The notes below the pieces were generated by a model. The model ran no database searches and was not told the DNA's origin. It saw only the letters and a program-made list of their open reading frames with translations. Shown here piece after piece: positions 35,601-58,280 of a DNA stretch of 64,000 nucleotides. Each line of letters opens with the position of its first letter. Within the stretch, counting starts at the first letter, position 1. The DNA is taken from positions 3,829,586 through 3,893,585 of the forward strand of contig BDGG01000001.1 in the NCBI GenBank assembly GCA_001949185.1, read 5' to 3'. The translations under genes were made by a program, and so were the position numbers. Origin of the DNA: Ramazzottius varieornatus. Lineage: Eukaryota; Animalia; Tardigrada.

Positions 35601-38600
35601 ACCGGTTGGCGTCCAGGAGAGCTGTCTGGTGCGACATCTGGTACGCCTTCATGGAAGTGGGCCGTTTCGGAGGAACGAAGTCGTGGATCAACCGCTCGTG
35701 ACACTGGAGAAGTTCGCTCATAGACTGGTTCAGGATCGTGGCTGACAGCTGTAGCGCACTCATAGCCTAAAGAAATATCACACATTCTAAAGATCTTCAA
35801 ACTTAAACTCAAATATCCGGAACAGAATTTTTCATCTAACTTTCTGTTGAACGTTGATCTTTTCTCTGTCATTTTCATTTTCATCAGATCCACAGTTTGA
35901 CTTACCTGATTTCTGACTTCTTCCACAACGGAAGTTGAATTCATGATCAGCTCTTTCGTAATTTCCGTGATGGCCTGTTGTCGTGTCGCCTGAAGATCCG
36001 ACGAAGTCAGGTCTTCTGGAAGTGGACTGAGCACCCGACGAAGGATCCTCTCCAGAAGCTCTTTGGTCACATCGATCGTTCCATACGTCATGTTCTGAAA
36101 GCTATCCCTCAGTACAAACATGAGCGCTCGTGTGAGCAACACGGACATCTCAATGGTCCACGTCAAAGGCAGGTAGTCGATCAGCGGTGAAATGCCATTC
36201 AGCGCACCTGCCTTCGAGCACCACACTTTCTCATAGCACATCGCATGGAGCTTCTCGAAAAGATAGTTCAGAAAAGGCAAGCTCACACAGAACTTCAGAT
36301 CTTCATAGACAGCTTTCAGGGTTTCTAGAATGAGTATGACACCAGCGTCTCCTGTTTTACTGATCGCTGGTTCCTCATGACCAAGGATGACACTGATGGC
36401 GTCCAGAATGACATATGGATCTATGCATTCCAACGGTTGACGGTCACGGGCTGCCGGAGCCTCAGCTTTGGAGTGAGCACTGCCCTGCTGGACGATTGCC
36501 ATTAGAGAAAAATGCCGAACGAACTTGGCCAGGAGTGGCATGGCTGACTTCCGGAAGTCCTTAGTAGCTGCTGCCACCATTAGACCTTCAAAAGAAGAAA
36601 GGTTAAAAATGCCCCGTTCTCTTCATTGTAAACCTACGTTACCTTGTAAGCAGATTTGGGCTGCCGACCGGTTCTTCTCATCCAGGCACTTCACATATGC
36701 CGTTTCGGGGCTCAACGAGGTCACCAAAGAGTACCCATTGGTCTTTCCTGCTTGCTTGAATCCTTGATGTTGTAAAAGGTTCTCCAGTACTTGGGTTGAA
36801 GGGTCTGGACGGATGATGCCCAGCAGGTACGACTGGATGACGTTCCAGGCGCCATTCCGGATGTTCAGCTCGGTATTCTGCTCCAGCAAAGTCTTGTAGG
36901 CCTCTTCGATCGTGCGGTAAATCGGCACTTGCAGGGTTTCTGGCAACCCGGGCAGGTTCATAACGACGCAGGGACCTATCCCAAACACATCCGGTTAGGC
37001 ACGACGAATGTCATCATTTGAATAATTTCAAATACTAGGAGCTATGAATGTAATTCCGTCTGCCGTCTCTTCTTTCTTTTTTACTATTTATAGAATGAGA
37101 TAAAGCCTGAATACTCACCCAGTTCATCTTCACCAGCTTTCGGATGAAGTTGTTGTGGTTCCCGAATGGTCTTCAGTGCATGCCCACACATCTTGCCCAA
37201 AAATCTCAAGGCTACAGTCTGCATGTTCGGGGTTCCCGTCAGCATGATACTCCAGAGAGCCTTCATTAGTTCCTTCTTGACCGGCTCCAGCTGCTCGTAC
37301 AGGTAGTCGCTGGACATGTTGTCGACACACAACTCGAGCGTGCGCAGGCCCTGGCTGGAGGAGCTCGGAGGACCTTGCATGGCTGTCAGGATCGCAGGTG
37401 CGAGCAGCGAGATGTGCGGCATCAACGTGGACAGACGAACCGGGACAATCAAGCACAGCTCGATAAAGATGTCACGGTATGCCGGCTTCTGCCGTTGACT
37501 GTGGAAGGTACACAGTACCTGAAAGAACAGTGTCAAATTAAACATAAGATGATTTCAGATTTCGTGGCACGGCCTTCACAATATACCAGTCTAATACAAG
37601 GGCGTGCTGAATAAAAATTTTACCACTCCAAGTCCACAAACCACCATTCGTACTTGTAAAATCATTGGCAAGTTTGGAAGAAAATCGTGGTATAAGACTT
37701 CGTGCCCACCGCCACCCATCGCCCGGAAGAAGGCTCTGAACATAAGCAGGATGTTCATGGGGTCTTTTGCTCGCATGCATAAGTGGAAACCCTGATGGAA
37801 GATCTTTTGCAGAAGTGGCTTGAAGTACTGTTCGACCTCTTTGGGGTACAGCGAGACTGCACCGAAGAGAATTTTGAAGATCTTGAGCACCGATGCTGAG
37901 TACTCGTTGTTTGATTCAGCCAAGTCAGAAAACTGCGACATGCCCACGTCCAGCATCGTGGTTGTAGTGATGCCGGAGAACCCAGTGTAAGGAATCAGGC
38001 AGTTCAGAGATGCGGACAACACCTGCTGTAGTTGTTCGTCCTAGAAAGAGAATCTAATTAACAAGATATGTTCGCGAGAAAACGGAAACTACTTCCTCAC
38101 GTACCTTGAAAAGCTCGATGAAGGTTCCGAAAATGTGCTGGAAGATGTCTCGATAGACATCGAAGGGGAAAGCCTTCATGGCGTCAGCGAGGTTTTCCGT
38201 GTATTCTTTCTCGACAGTCTTCGGTGCTTGTGGTATGAGTCCAGCCTTACTTCCGGCGCCGTTCCCCACCACGAACAGCTCAGCGGCTTTGACAGCATAC
38301 TTACACAGCTGAGTGAGTACCTTCAGGTCTTCTGGTAGAATCGGCGGCTGGCCCTCAGTCGTGCACTCACGAACACACATCAACAAGCTCCGGATAGCAG
38401 TGAGGATGTGACGAAGAAGCGCCCGTTGCTCGGTCAGAACCAAACCGGAATGATCGATCAGGTCAGTCAGATCTAAAAGGGTTCCTTGTGCTGCCGCACT
38501 CTTTAGCCTAAACCGAACACATCAGTATTTATCAAATTGCTTCAGCCGACTTCGTAAAATCAATTTATTACGGAAACGTGTCACGTACTTCTGTTTGTAC

Positions 38601-41015
38601 AGTGGGAGGGACGACTTGACCATGATCTTGAGTCGGAGCGCTAACATGCTCAGTATTCTCATGAACATCAGCCGGCCTTCTTCCAGCTTCTTCTCTTCTT
38701 TTGCCGTAAGAATGATGGCGTCCGCGGTGGAAGTCATCGTTCGGAGGATGATCAGGTGATGGCTGATCCCAATCGAACGGTCGGAAAAGTAGGAAACGCA
38801 AAGCGTGATGACTTGGTCGAACGTGGCAAGCTTCAAATGAGACTTCACGAAGTTGAAGACGTCCATTGCGACTGAGACAGCCGTTGCCCTGAAAAAGCCC
38901 GACATTAACACCAGCCCTGTCAGGATAGGTTTAACTTTACACAGCGTGGCTTATACTTGAGCAAATCTCGGACACTGTGAGACGGCCCCAGAAGAGTATC
39001 CAGGTCTAGCAGTTGCGGGACGAACGGCACCAAGCCAATCTTCCAGTCGGTGCTAGAAATGGACATCAGTCATGTAAACTTTGGAAAGGATGATACGGCA
39101 ACAAAGAGTGTGTTGATGAATTCCCCGTGCTTACTTGGCAATGTGCTTGATAGCACCTAAGATGTCTCTCCTTCCCCAAACGATTTCCTTCGGACAAATT
39201 CCGAACAATTTCAGACACCCATCTCCGAATGCGTTGGCATCGTCCATTGATTTCTATAGAACATGGGAATTCAGTATCGCAGGACTTTTGACACGGATAC
39301 TAGAAAATACTTTCCGCTGGACATTATGGCTTACGCAAAAATGGCGCGTTGCATACGCGAACAGCTGAGGAACTTTGCAGTACGTCAGCATGAACTCGTG
39401 CCACGCACCGATCACACGAGCCTGCTTGTTCGGCTGATCTTCCAGACTGGCAATCCGTTCTTCGACCCTGAAGAATCGAAAATGCAACCGTAAATAACAA
39501 TGCACAGTCGCAAGATATTGCAACCTAACGCTAAACAGACCTGTCAGCTTGAAGGTTGGCAACCATTATGAAGAGGGCGTCTTGGGAAAAACTAGGGTAG
39601 GTTTCTTCGATCCGCTGCCGCATGTTGGACTGGCTGAACATTATGATCATGACGCTTTCAGCGAGGAACTTCAGTGAGCTGTTGGTCTTTGGAAGAATGA
39701 CAACCTGTAACAGGAACGAAACAGGGATAGAAGAAAACGTGGTACTTTTGATGGAAAGAACTGCAACTGCTGTACTGTACGAAACCGCGACAGACATTAT
39801 ATAGTACTAACAGGGTTTCCGGTGGAAACCGACGAGGACTTGACGTTTAACACGAACGACGAAAGAATCTTTCCCGCGAAAGCCTCGTGATCTACAGCAC
39901 CATCAGGACCAGGTACTGGTGGCTCCAGGTCGGAAAGCTCCAAAACTTGTGAAACCAGAGTTGGCAACGAGGTCCATCGACGGCACATTTTGGTCACGAA
40001 CGCAATCAGCTGTAAAAGAGAGACTTAATTCAATAAAGGATGAGCCAGCACTTAGTATTAATCACGAAGGTCCTACATCTCTGTGAGCAAAAATCGACGA
40101 GACTTGCTGTCCGGGTATCGGCTGTCTGTGTATCTTTATGATTTCCATCAACGTGCGCAGAAGGTGGATTCCATTCTCTTCGTTTTCCATCTGGTAAGAG
40201 ATCAAGATGATTTATCTACTGCATGACTATCTCATAATGCAACGCATTGCTTACCTCGATGATCTGGAGAATGTGGAGCAACACGCTCTCGTGGACGATC
40301 TTGCATACTTCGAGCTGAAGGATACGATGCAGAAAACGGACCATTGTCCTGCGAATAACCTACACAGAGATAATACTCTGGAATGCAGAGCATCGCAAAT
40401 CTTTCAGTGTTTATCGATCCAAAAATTATCAAACGAAAAGAATAATCTTTCAGTCACGTATACTATGTCACTATTAGCTCACATTTTGTGGATCCTCCTG
40501 TATAAAACAAGCTCTATCGGATTTCAGTGTCCTCAGGATCAAAATCACTATACGTTCCGCGACGTCGTATCCTGTGAAAGATCCGGACACAGCCTACGAA
40601 CAATACAGCCCTTTGATACAACGTTCCAGCAGAAGACGGACCGGTATGGAGAGCAGCGATCCGTATATATCGAAACGAAGGATATCGTCATGATGATATA
40701 GTATGTGCGCGTGTAAGACTTACATCAAGTCCATCCAAGAGATCGTCCGCTGCTTTCTGCCGATCCGCAATACCTAAATGAAAAAATGAAACAGGGTTTG
40801 AGTCTTGTAAAGAGCGTAGTAAGATACCAATGGCTCAGCTTACCATATCGTCCTCCTCTCACGTCTGCAACGATAGCCGCTGACGTTAACCAGCTCTTGT
40901 GCATGGCATTCGATTCGAACCACGCGTTGGTTGTTGGCGTAAACGAAGAGAAGTCCGCACTGATCTGCCGCGCTGGCGGAGCTTCATTCTGCTCCCCTTG
41001 AAGTGATCCCTCCAT
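23643..41015 (-). CDS. TRRAP: Transformation/transcription domain-associated protein (TRRAP/Tra1), PIKK pseudokinase scaffold of SAGA/TIP60; many exons
   Basis: C-terminal FATC AKSPDNLCRMDPSWHPWL; PVPFRLTGNL; GRKEERILQMF; FIELCLIVPVRLSTL...QGLRTLELCVDN; VLKIFKILFGAVSLY; N-terminal MENEENGIHLLR. Consistent splice sites across about 17 kb. The start codon at 41015 is the best candidate. Confidence 0.93.
29280..29422. repeat. Intronic imperfect inverted repeat (about 33-bp arms) in TRRAP
   Basis: TAGCCACCGAAAAATGGGCAAGATGGATGGGCGG (29280-29313) versus CCGCCCATCCATCTTACCCATTTTCGAAGGCTA (29390-29422). Confidence 0.8.
33528..34552 (-). mobile_element. Non-autonomous (internally deleted) pogo/Tc2-type Tc1-mariner DNA transposon inside a TRRAP intron (intron about 33320-34585)
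   Basis: Terminal inverted repeats of about 115 bp (33528-33642 and 34438-34552; 5 mismatches), flanking TA duplications at 33526-33527 and 34553-34554, and an internal CENP-B-type HTH ORF. Confidence 0.93.
33542..34104 (-). CDS. Truncated pogo transposase: N-terminal HTH plus CENP-B/Tc5-type HTH, with no DDD catalytic domain
   Basis: Exon 34104-33953 (YSIAEKRRV...AEFARRVQIPTTTLKGWL), a 53-nt GT-AG intron, then exon 33899-33542 (YPQMEVELYGWVLD...IQEKARDI...EFKASDCW). The frame runs into the TIR and stops. Confidence 0.75.
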
Positions 41016-41583
41016 GGACAGCTAATGAGATGCAGAGCGGTTCGAATTCAACAACAAATGCTAATTAACGGCACATCTCTCAGGCTCTCAGCTGACTGCG
41101 CCGGCTCTGTAATGCTTCTCCCCACTTCGATACTGACTCTGCTGTCCCACGTATTAATCCCAGGTTCCAGCTCAGAGCTGTAGCATGCCGACTGTTCCTG
41201 CAACAACGGTAAACCACATCAGCGGGAAACAAAGAGAGCAAATGTAAGAAGTAGGTTGTTTGAATATCATTTGAATAGGCAATGAATGGAGAGATGATGA
41301 AGATTAGCGGGCGCAGTAAAAGCTGATTCTCGATTGATTGAATGAATTATTTTCATCGTTGGTCTGGCTTTATCGCAATTTCGCTTTCGTTGTCGAATGT
41401 ATTATGATTTATGATTTTCGAAATTTCGATCTTCGGAAATTTGGGAATTAGGAATTGAGATCTTCTTCAGTTATGTCGCTTCTGGTTTGAGCCTTCGGCC
41501 GGAGTCGGAGTTCGGTCTTCATGCAGGTATAGCTCACCTTGTTGTTGTAGGTTTGAAACTCCTGGAATCCAAAGAAGCGTAGG
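41016..41583. promoter_or_regulatory. Probable bidirectional promoter region between TRRAP and RBM7-like
   Basis: Head-to-head start codons about 570 bp apart with an AT-rich core. Confidence 0.5.
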
Positions 41584-42522
41584 ATGTCAAGAGGATCGTA
41601 CACACCTCGCGGTCTGAATCCTCAGCTCTCTCAGACCGAACTGGTGGACTTTCTCGACAACGATGACTCCATCCCCGCACGGACACTCTTCGTTGGAAAT
41701 CTGGATCAAAGAGTAACGCGGAAACTTCTGTACGAGCTGATGTCCCAAGCCGGTCCGGTGTACTCCATCAAGATCGTTCCTCTCCGCGATGGCGCGGACA
41801 AGACCTTCGCGTTTGTTGTTTTCGACCACGCAGTTTCGGTTCGATTTGCCATGTGTATCTTTGACGACGTATCGTTATTCCGTTCAAAGCTTTCGATGAA
41901 CTATACACAAGCGCACAAGAATAAGACTCGACCAGTCGCTCCTGCGCCACGCGGGCAAGTGGGACCTACATTCTTCGAGCTTCCGCAAGGCTTCGAGAAC
42001 ACGACCGAAGAAGAAAAACGCTCGATGGTCTCTGCATGGATACTCGCACATCCGCAGTACAAAAGTGGTTACTTCATTGTCCCGGAACATCAGGCTACCA
42101 GCAGACAACCGGGAGCCTACAGAGGATACGAATCATCCGAATACAGGAACAAGAGAAGACAAGAGGAAGCGCCGCAAGACAACAAGCGACGGCGGTTCTC
42201 TCCACCTTCACTTGCAACGGTGCCTCAGATTCAGCAGTCCATGATCCGATCGGCCCCTGTTCACACATTTTTCAACGCTCCGGAACATCATGGTCAGCAT
42301 CAGCAGCACTTCCATTCGCATCCTTCGCCTCCTCGTCAGTATGTCAACAGCGGAACGGGACAGCCAGAACAGTATGGTCAGCGTCCTCAGTTCGGACGGT
42401 CAAATTCTCAACAGGATGATGGTCATCCAAATCAGCAGCAACGGTATCCGAACCACCAAGCTCCACATCATGGCCGTCGCGACTATCAAGATGGAAGACA
42501 CAGAAATGGATGGCATGACTAA
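41584..42522 (+). CDS. RBM7: RBM7/RBM11-like RRM protein (NEXT-complex type) with a Q/H/G/R-rich low-complexity C-terminus; single coding exon
   Basis: RRM RTLFVGNLDQRVTRKLLYELMSQAGPV...KTFAFVVFDHAVSVRFAM matches the RBM7/11 signature (AGPV; FxHxxSVxYAM). 312-aa ORF. Confidence 0.8.
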   Translation: MSRGSYTPRGLNPQLSQTELVDFLDNDDSIPARTLFVGNLDQRVTRKLLYELMSQAGPVYSIKIVPLRDGADKTFAFVVFDHAVSVRFAMCIFDDVSLFRSKLSMNYTQAHKNKTRPVAPAPRGQVGPTFFELPQGFENTTEEEKRSMVSAWILAHPQYKSGYFIVPEHQATSRQPGAYRGYESSEYRNKRRQEEAPQDNKRRRFSPPSLATVPQIQQSMIRSAPVHTFFNAPEHHGQHQQHFHSHPSPPRQYVNSGTGQPEQYGQRPQFGRSNSQQDDGHPNQQQRYPNHQAPHHGRRDYQDGRHRNGWHD

Positions 42523-42875
42523 AATCATTTTTCTGTTCAGGTTACGCTCAATGGAGTCACTGGAGTGCCGCTATGTCTCTGCGGTGAATCTCTGAGAATT
42601 CTGGCTTTTCTTTCTTGCTTCAATCATGAAAATACGACGTACGAAGCACGAGACTTCACTTGAACGATTTACTTTGCGAGTGATTTTCCACCGTCCTCAG
42701 CACCTGATTTTCAATCAGAAACATCGTTAAGCAATCGCCATAAAACAGAAAATGTAACATCAGAGTTGCAGGATTCTGCTTCCGCTGGATAAAGAAAGCT
42801 AGAGTAGCATGATGTTATCGTCCCCAGAATCTGCAAGAGTGGAATAAGAGAGTGCGCCACGACGGATAACCAAAT

Positions 42876-43510
42876 CTATTCGGCGTCTGGGCCATCTTCC
42901 GGTCCTTTTCCTGCCCTTGTGTAGATCAGCTGGGCGCTGTGCTTTATTATGGGTCTGATTTTTCCTGCAAAGAAACAAACCATGAGCAGTGGAGCACAAA
43001 TTCCATCAAACTCCAGATTCCACCTAACATGATCAACCACTGAGCAAAATAGTCTAGACCTAAACACCGAGAAAATTATTCAACAAGAGACAACAGCAAT
43101 CGTTACCTTCACGGTGAAGCAGCTGGATTACTGCTCTGGCGAGGGATCCTCGAATCTTGAGACGTTCTGAAAGGATGGCAGGGGTAATCAGCTTGTAGTT
43201 TACAACCTCCTTCCTCAGCTTCTCCTCCGTTGCTTTGTCCATGAGAACCATGTTGTTCAGCTTGTCTCGGGTCTTTCCCTTCGACCACTTCTAAAATCAA
43301 GCGAGGATTTAGCATGGTGTAACTCCACTTGATTGTGACCGTGTCTCAGTCTCACAAACCTTCTTCTTGGCTTTGCCACCACCACCTCCTTCCTTCTTCA
43401 CCGCCTTTGGCGCGGCTTTCGCCTTGTCCTTCTTATCATCCTTCTTCACCTGTAAGAATAGCTTGTGCACAAAATGTCCAGAGGTCGAAATATCGGGGAC
43501 CACTTACCAT
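42876..43510 (-). CDS. RPS25: 40S ribosomal protein S25 (eS25)
   Basis: Exons: 43510-43508 (ATG only), 43449-43360, 43290-43107, 42964-42876. Motifs [44 protein letters not shown] and [10 protein letters not shown]. Confidence 0.96.
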
Positions 43511-44131
43511 GTTTGCGGCAGGAGTAGATCGTGGAAGCCAACAATTTTCGTAGCGAGCTCTCTGACTTTCCGGTAACTGCGATTCTGCGAAGTCAGTCAA
43601 ATCTCTCAAATCTGTGAAGATCGACCATATAACTTACCTTGTTGACGTGAGAGTGTACAATACAAACAAATTGAAACATAGTTCACGCGCATACTGGTGG
43701 TCCTGTTGGTTGAATTCGACACGTGGCCAGTTACGTCAAAGTTACCAGTTTTCGGATCGTGCAAAGAGTCGGGAAGTACTGATCCGCGGTACGGAGTGTT
43801 CTACGGAAGGATAGGCTCAGGGAACACGCTGGTTTCGCCTAGGATCAGCAGAGTAGGTGCCAGGAACCGATGCGATCGATACGCTCCGCACTTCCAGAGG
43901 CTCCGTTCCGCTCGTACGTCTGTACGACCAACCAAGTTAGCAACTCAAAATAGGTAGATTTAAAATTTCTCTTATTTTCTTGTTCTCCTAGAGAAAATAC
44001 GGGACATCCGACATTTGCTCCAGAACATCCAGTTGTTCCGGATACCCCTACCGTCTTGGCTGAACCTGAAGGAATCTGAGTGCTGTTCAGTTATATGCGG
44101 GTGACTACGCGTATCCGATCTCTCTCCTAAG
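43511..44131. promoter_or_regulatory. Probable bidirectional promoter region between RPS25 and PP2A-A
   Basis: Head-to-head start codons about 620 bp apart. Confidence 0.5.
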
Positions 44132-47127
<2,996 letters not shown>

Positions 47128-47764
47128 CTTGTGAGGAGAATTTCCTTTCATAACCTATTGCTAGTCTAAATGATATCACTGTTCATTTCGTCAACGGATG
47201 GGGCAAATATCATTGTGAAATTTGTGCTCTAACAGGTAATTGGATATCGTATTGTTAATCAGGCCATGATGGATAACCGAAGTTATTGAACAATAAAGCC
47301 GAGCCATTTCAAACTTTTTACGGCCTCTGGTTGAGCCGTTTAGCTATGGGTTGTGTTTCACTGTAGAGTCTTTTCCATGTGATTTGTGCGCGCAGTGGAA
47401 ATATTCTTTTTGGTCCGTGTTTTACATGCAGTTATCCTAGTATCTTCTTTGCTCTGTTTAGATGTTCCGATCAACTTTTATAAACAATATACTTACTGTG
47501 AGAAACTTATCCAGCGAGTTTCGTTTACCGAGTCGATTACGACCAGACGAGTAGGTATTAAACACATTCATGCATCAAAAACAAGAAGCCTTCGAAGCGA
47601 ATAAACTACTAAAATCAACAAAATTAGAACGTTCACGAGTTAAACGAAGACAAAAAGAGCATGGCAAAAGTACCCGACTTAATTCTATCACATAAGCTGT
47701 GTATAGGCGTGAAGCTCTGATCACCGTGAAAGACTGATGCGGTGAAATTGCTTATGAGGACTCG

Positions 47765-54179
<6,415 letters not shown>

Positions 54180-54797
54180 AGCGCAATTCGTTAAATAAGG
54201 TAATCGAAGAACTTGCAGGGGCCCACCGTTCTCTGAAAAAAGATCCCGTTGAAGCATACGGTGCGAAAATCAAGATTGAAGCACTCGCATATAAAAAGTT
54301 GGACTGTTAGATCATATGCATACCGGATAAACCCCTTCAATCTTCCGAGAATTCAGACGTATAGCGGAAATGGATTAGAGCAAGATCCGACAGCTGGAGA
54401 ACTCCCTAGAGCTAAGTGGTCCGTGATATCCCTTGACTGAAATGCTGTGGATGATATCAGGTGGAAGAATTCCTCTGCATAGTACACTTACTAGGCTGGC
54501 ATTCCCGGATAGTTGTCAGTCGAGATTCGGCGTTTCGCTCGATGATCCGCGCTACAACTCTTGATAAGACACTATTGAGTTTCTCTCTCGCGATCGCTCT
54601 TTCTCTTGACACTTTTGAAACCGGATAACATCCGTCTATTGCCAGCCAGCCTCTGCGTACATCAGCGTACGGTCTCGATGTTCGATCTACAATACGCGGC
54701 GCGACAGGCTAGCGGGCTGGGGTTATTACACTAGCTCGATCAACTGAGCAGGATACCTGTGCTCTCACAAACCACGCCCTACCGGTGGGTTGTCTCG

Positions 54798-57219
54798 TCA
54801 AGGTGGAAGGCGTACAGGCATGCAACCTAATCTGCTTGCGTCCAGGAGCGCTGGGAGATCGCTAGGAGATTGTTGTCGAGGTCCCCGACCAGCTGACAGT
54901 TCTTGGAACCATCGGTTTAAACCTGCGGCCTGCCGGAAGTAGAAAATCTTCAGACGATTATAAATAAGGGGACCCCTACGGATAACACAGTAAATTCGGA
55001 GAAGCATGAATTACCGTATTCGAGGTCGGGGTCCGTTGCAGCGATCCGAACAACAATGACATTCCACGGCAAGCTTTTAATCTCGAGGAAGTATATTATG
55101 CATAAGCGCATGAACTTTGGGTAAGCAACATGATCACAAAAGAAATTGAGTAATATTTCGTTCGCGATTGCATGGTTCCTACGGAAGCCGCGTTAATGTA
55201 CGTTCAACTGCTGAAAATTGCGAATTATCTGATCGAAAATTGCGCTGTTGGGTAACATAAGCACTCAAACTATAGACCACAACAAACTAGGACGATCCGA
55301 TATCTTTTGACTGGTCGATTATGCCGTTATGCTTTACTTACGAGGACCTTGATCTCGTCCACTGGAGTTCCCTCGACGCCCGACGGAGCTGCGCATACCG
55401 GACAGCGATAACCAGCGTCCTCTCCACACACGATTTTCCGACCGGCAGTGGAACTAACCCAGTTCGACAAGGCGGCAACCATGTAATCGCACTGGAGCGG
55501 ATTTCCGTGTATCCGCACTGTTTTTATCGGTGATCCATCAGCCTGGAAGGAATCCAGCAGGTGGTCCGGCAGATTTTTCAGCAAATTGTCGTTGGCGTGC
55601 AGTTCCCGCAAAGGTAGCTGGCTAACGAGGTAGGGAACTGCTTGGATCTTGTTGTTCGAAAAATCCAGAACCTTAACGAAAAGCGCAGGCTGGGGAATAA
55701 GGAAAGCACATTACAGTAATTTTGGTTCTGGAATCTGGCGGATCCGGAAGTCAGAAAAAGATTGGCAACGGCAGTGAACAACGACATATCTTGATTGCTT
55801 TGACAACAGCCTGAACATCGCAAACCCTTCATTGTGCAGTGTCCCTGATCAAGAATCAATCGTACATCTCGACGAACTTACCTCTAGTTTTGGAGCGGAC
55901 TGGAAGACCTTCTCATCGATCGCCGCAAACAAATTACTTGAAATGTTTAACGCGATGACTTTATGGTTGTAGTCGAGAAGTTTGGATGGTAATCTGGGTA
56001 GTCGCATGGAGGACAGGGAGAGTGACTGCAAATTGGGAAGAAACTGGAACATGCGATCTCGCAAATTAATTGGATTTCCGCCCAAGTCAATTGCAATCAG
56101 GTCCGTGGCTATCGGAGTCAAGAGCTGCTGGTCAACTTCTTGTAGCCCATTGGACGCCAAGCTCAAGCTTTTCACTTCAGAGTTCTGGAACAGAGCTCTG
56201 GTGCTATTCTCCCGGAACAAATTCGAATTTATATTCGACAAGTCCAGGTGGTCCAGTTTCAGTCCGGAGAACGATCCCGGGATGATTGAGGTAAGTTGAT
56301 TTCCCGCCAGATTCAGGCGTCGGAGGCTCTTGATCAAATTAAACTGTTTATCGGAAATTGTTGTGATTTTGTTATTCGAGACATCCAGGTCTTCTAGGTT
56401 GCGACAATATTTTGCCACCGCGGAGAAGGGAATCTTCTCGATATTCGTGTTGGCTAAGCTGACTTTTCTCAGATTGGGCACATCCTGGAAGATCAATTCG
56501 GGGATACTTTCGATGTGTGGGTCGATCTTCTTCCCACCGATTGGGTTCCCACTGATATCCAAAACCTGGAAGGAGTACGGTGTTCAATCATATGCTCTCC
56601 TATTACATATAGGTCCTTCCTTCGTTGATGGACAGATTTTGATTGTAGTTACCTCAAGTACAGGAAGCTCTTGGAGGAGGAAGCGAGTACCCAGGTCGGT
56701 GATGCGATTGTTGGAAACGGTAAGGACCTTCAAGCTCCGCTGATAATTAAATACTGCCGAATGAAGATGACTGATCTTGTTATGGTCCAGATGCAGATGG
56801 GTCAGTACGGAAAGATTGCGAAAGTTGTTTTCATTGATGTCCATAATATTGTTGTTGGCGAGATTGAGGACTTGTAATGTGGACGATAGATAATAGAAGG
56901 TCCGATGTCCAATAGATTCAAGTTGGGAATTTGTCAAGTATAACTCCTTTAGTTGCAAATCTTTGAACATGTTGGGCTCTAGTCCCGATACACTGTTGGG
57001 TTTTCCTGCAGGTGCGGCAATGAGAAGGACCTCTACATCCTTGTCGATCGACTGCAAGGCGAACGCTGCTGGAATGGACAGTCCACCTTGGTCGCATCGC
57101 ACGCGTTTCCGGTTGTTGCTGTCCCGATCACAAATACATACAGATGGGCATGCTGCAGAAGCTAATTCGAAAAGACCTAAGTACACGATGAACCAGTACC
57201 AGATGGAGTGGCGCAACAT
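54798..57219 (-). CDS. Secreted leucine-rich-repeat protein (LRRNT, many LRRs, LRRCT); last exon uncertain
   Basis: Exons: 57219-56653, 56565-55882, 55671-55342 and a tentative last exon 54929-54798. Signal peptide, CPSVCICD...VRC cap, LxxLxLxxNxI repeats, and GNPLQCD...CAAP C-cap. No clear transmembrane segment. Confidence 0.82.
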
Positions 57220-58280
57220 GGTAAGTTTATTGACGCAGTTCTCCCCGATATGAACAGCGAGAATCAAAATCTTAAATCCAGTCTACTGATTATATTAACT
57301 AGATCGAAGACAGTCTGGTAAGCATGCTTGAAAGTTAGAGTGAAGGCTCGTCATTCAAGATGTCGATCCGTTTTCCTACGGGTGTGCCATCCAGATTCGT
57401 ATCAGTGAAACCCCAACAAGAAATCGGCATCACAGATTATGTCACTGTACGACGTTCTCGTACTTTGGACCTGCCTGCGATCAGGTTCTTCCTCGAAACG
57501 ATGTGTGAATATTTTATGGTCGGAGAAAGTATGTAGGAAGATGCGGTGTGGAAACTTTCACCTGGGCTACCCTGGATCTTTCGGTCCTTGCGGAGACCTC
57601 CCTTATTTTCCTCTACAGTGCAGGAAATGCATCCGTTGCCGGTCTTCCGTTTGGATGCTTATTCTGGCTTCGAGTTGGGAACACCACCTTAGGACTGTTG
57701 TTCCAACCTGGCACGGGGGGAGAAATCCAAATGGAGGACCGGGAAAGAATACGTTTCCTCCACTACAATGCACGCCTGCTGTACAGGTCTTGCTATGAGA
57801 AACGCGAGTTCCAGTTATACGCCTAGTACCACAGCACCCCACGAGTTCCTGGCAGCGTCTGAGGCAGGTTCCCAGAGCTAGTGTTTGAGCAAGAAAACAA
57901 AGGAAGTAGGGCGTCGCTCGTCGACCAAAAACGTTTGCAATACCGTCGGCTGGCCTTTTCATTACAGATACCTCATAATGTTTCCGACACTGCGTTTTCT
58001 GAGTGGATGCAAGATCAACACCAGGATTCCTAGCATGCCTGCTAATCAAAAATCGCGAAGTAAACACGTAGTAACCCAATCTGCAGATTCTGCACCACAA
58101 TATATCTCGGCGGGGTTCGAGCGTGAGGGTTCCGAGTACTACGCGCTGAGTAATAGTCTTCCTCGCGATACGTCCACAAGGTCACGGTCGTTGTTTCCTC
58201 TGTCTGGAACCCGAAGTTCCGAACGCTTCTTGGATTTTGATCTCACAATACCGGAGGTTTTTTTTTGCAGCCTCCGGACG

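Noticed and set aside
24715-40701. Numerous plus-strand ORFs over TRRAP (e.g. 24715-25263, 31557-32075, 40207-40701)
   Set aside because: They are antisense to well-supported coding exons and show no recognisable motifs.
43626-43645. ACTTACCT resembling the 5' end of U1 snRNA (also at about 17642)
   Set aside because: It is just the reverse complement of a splice-donor consensus; no U1 body follows.
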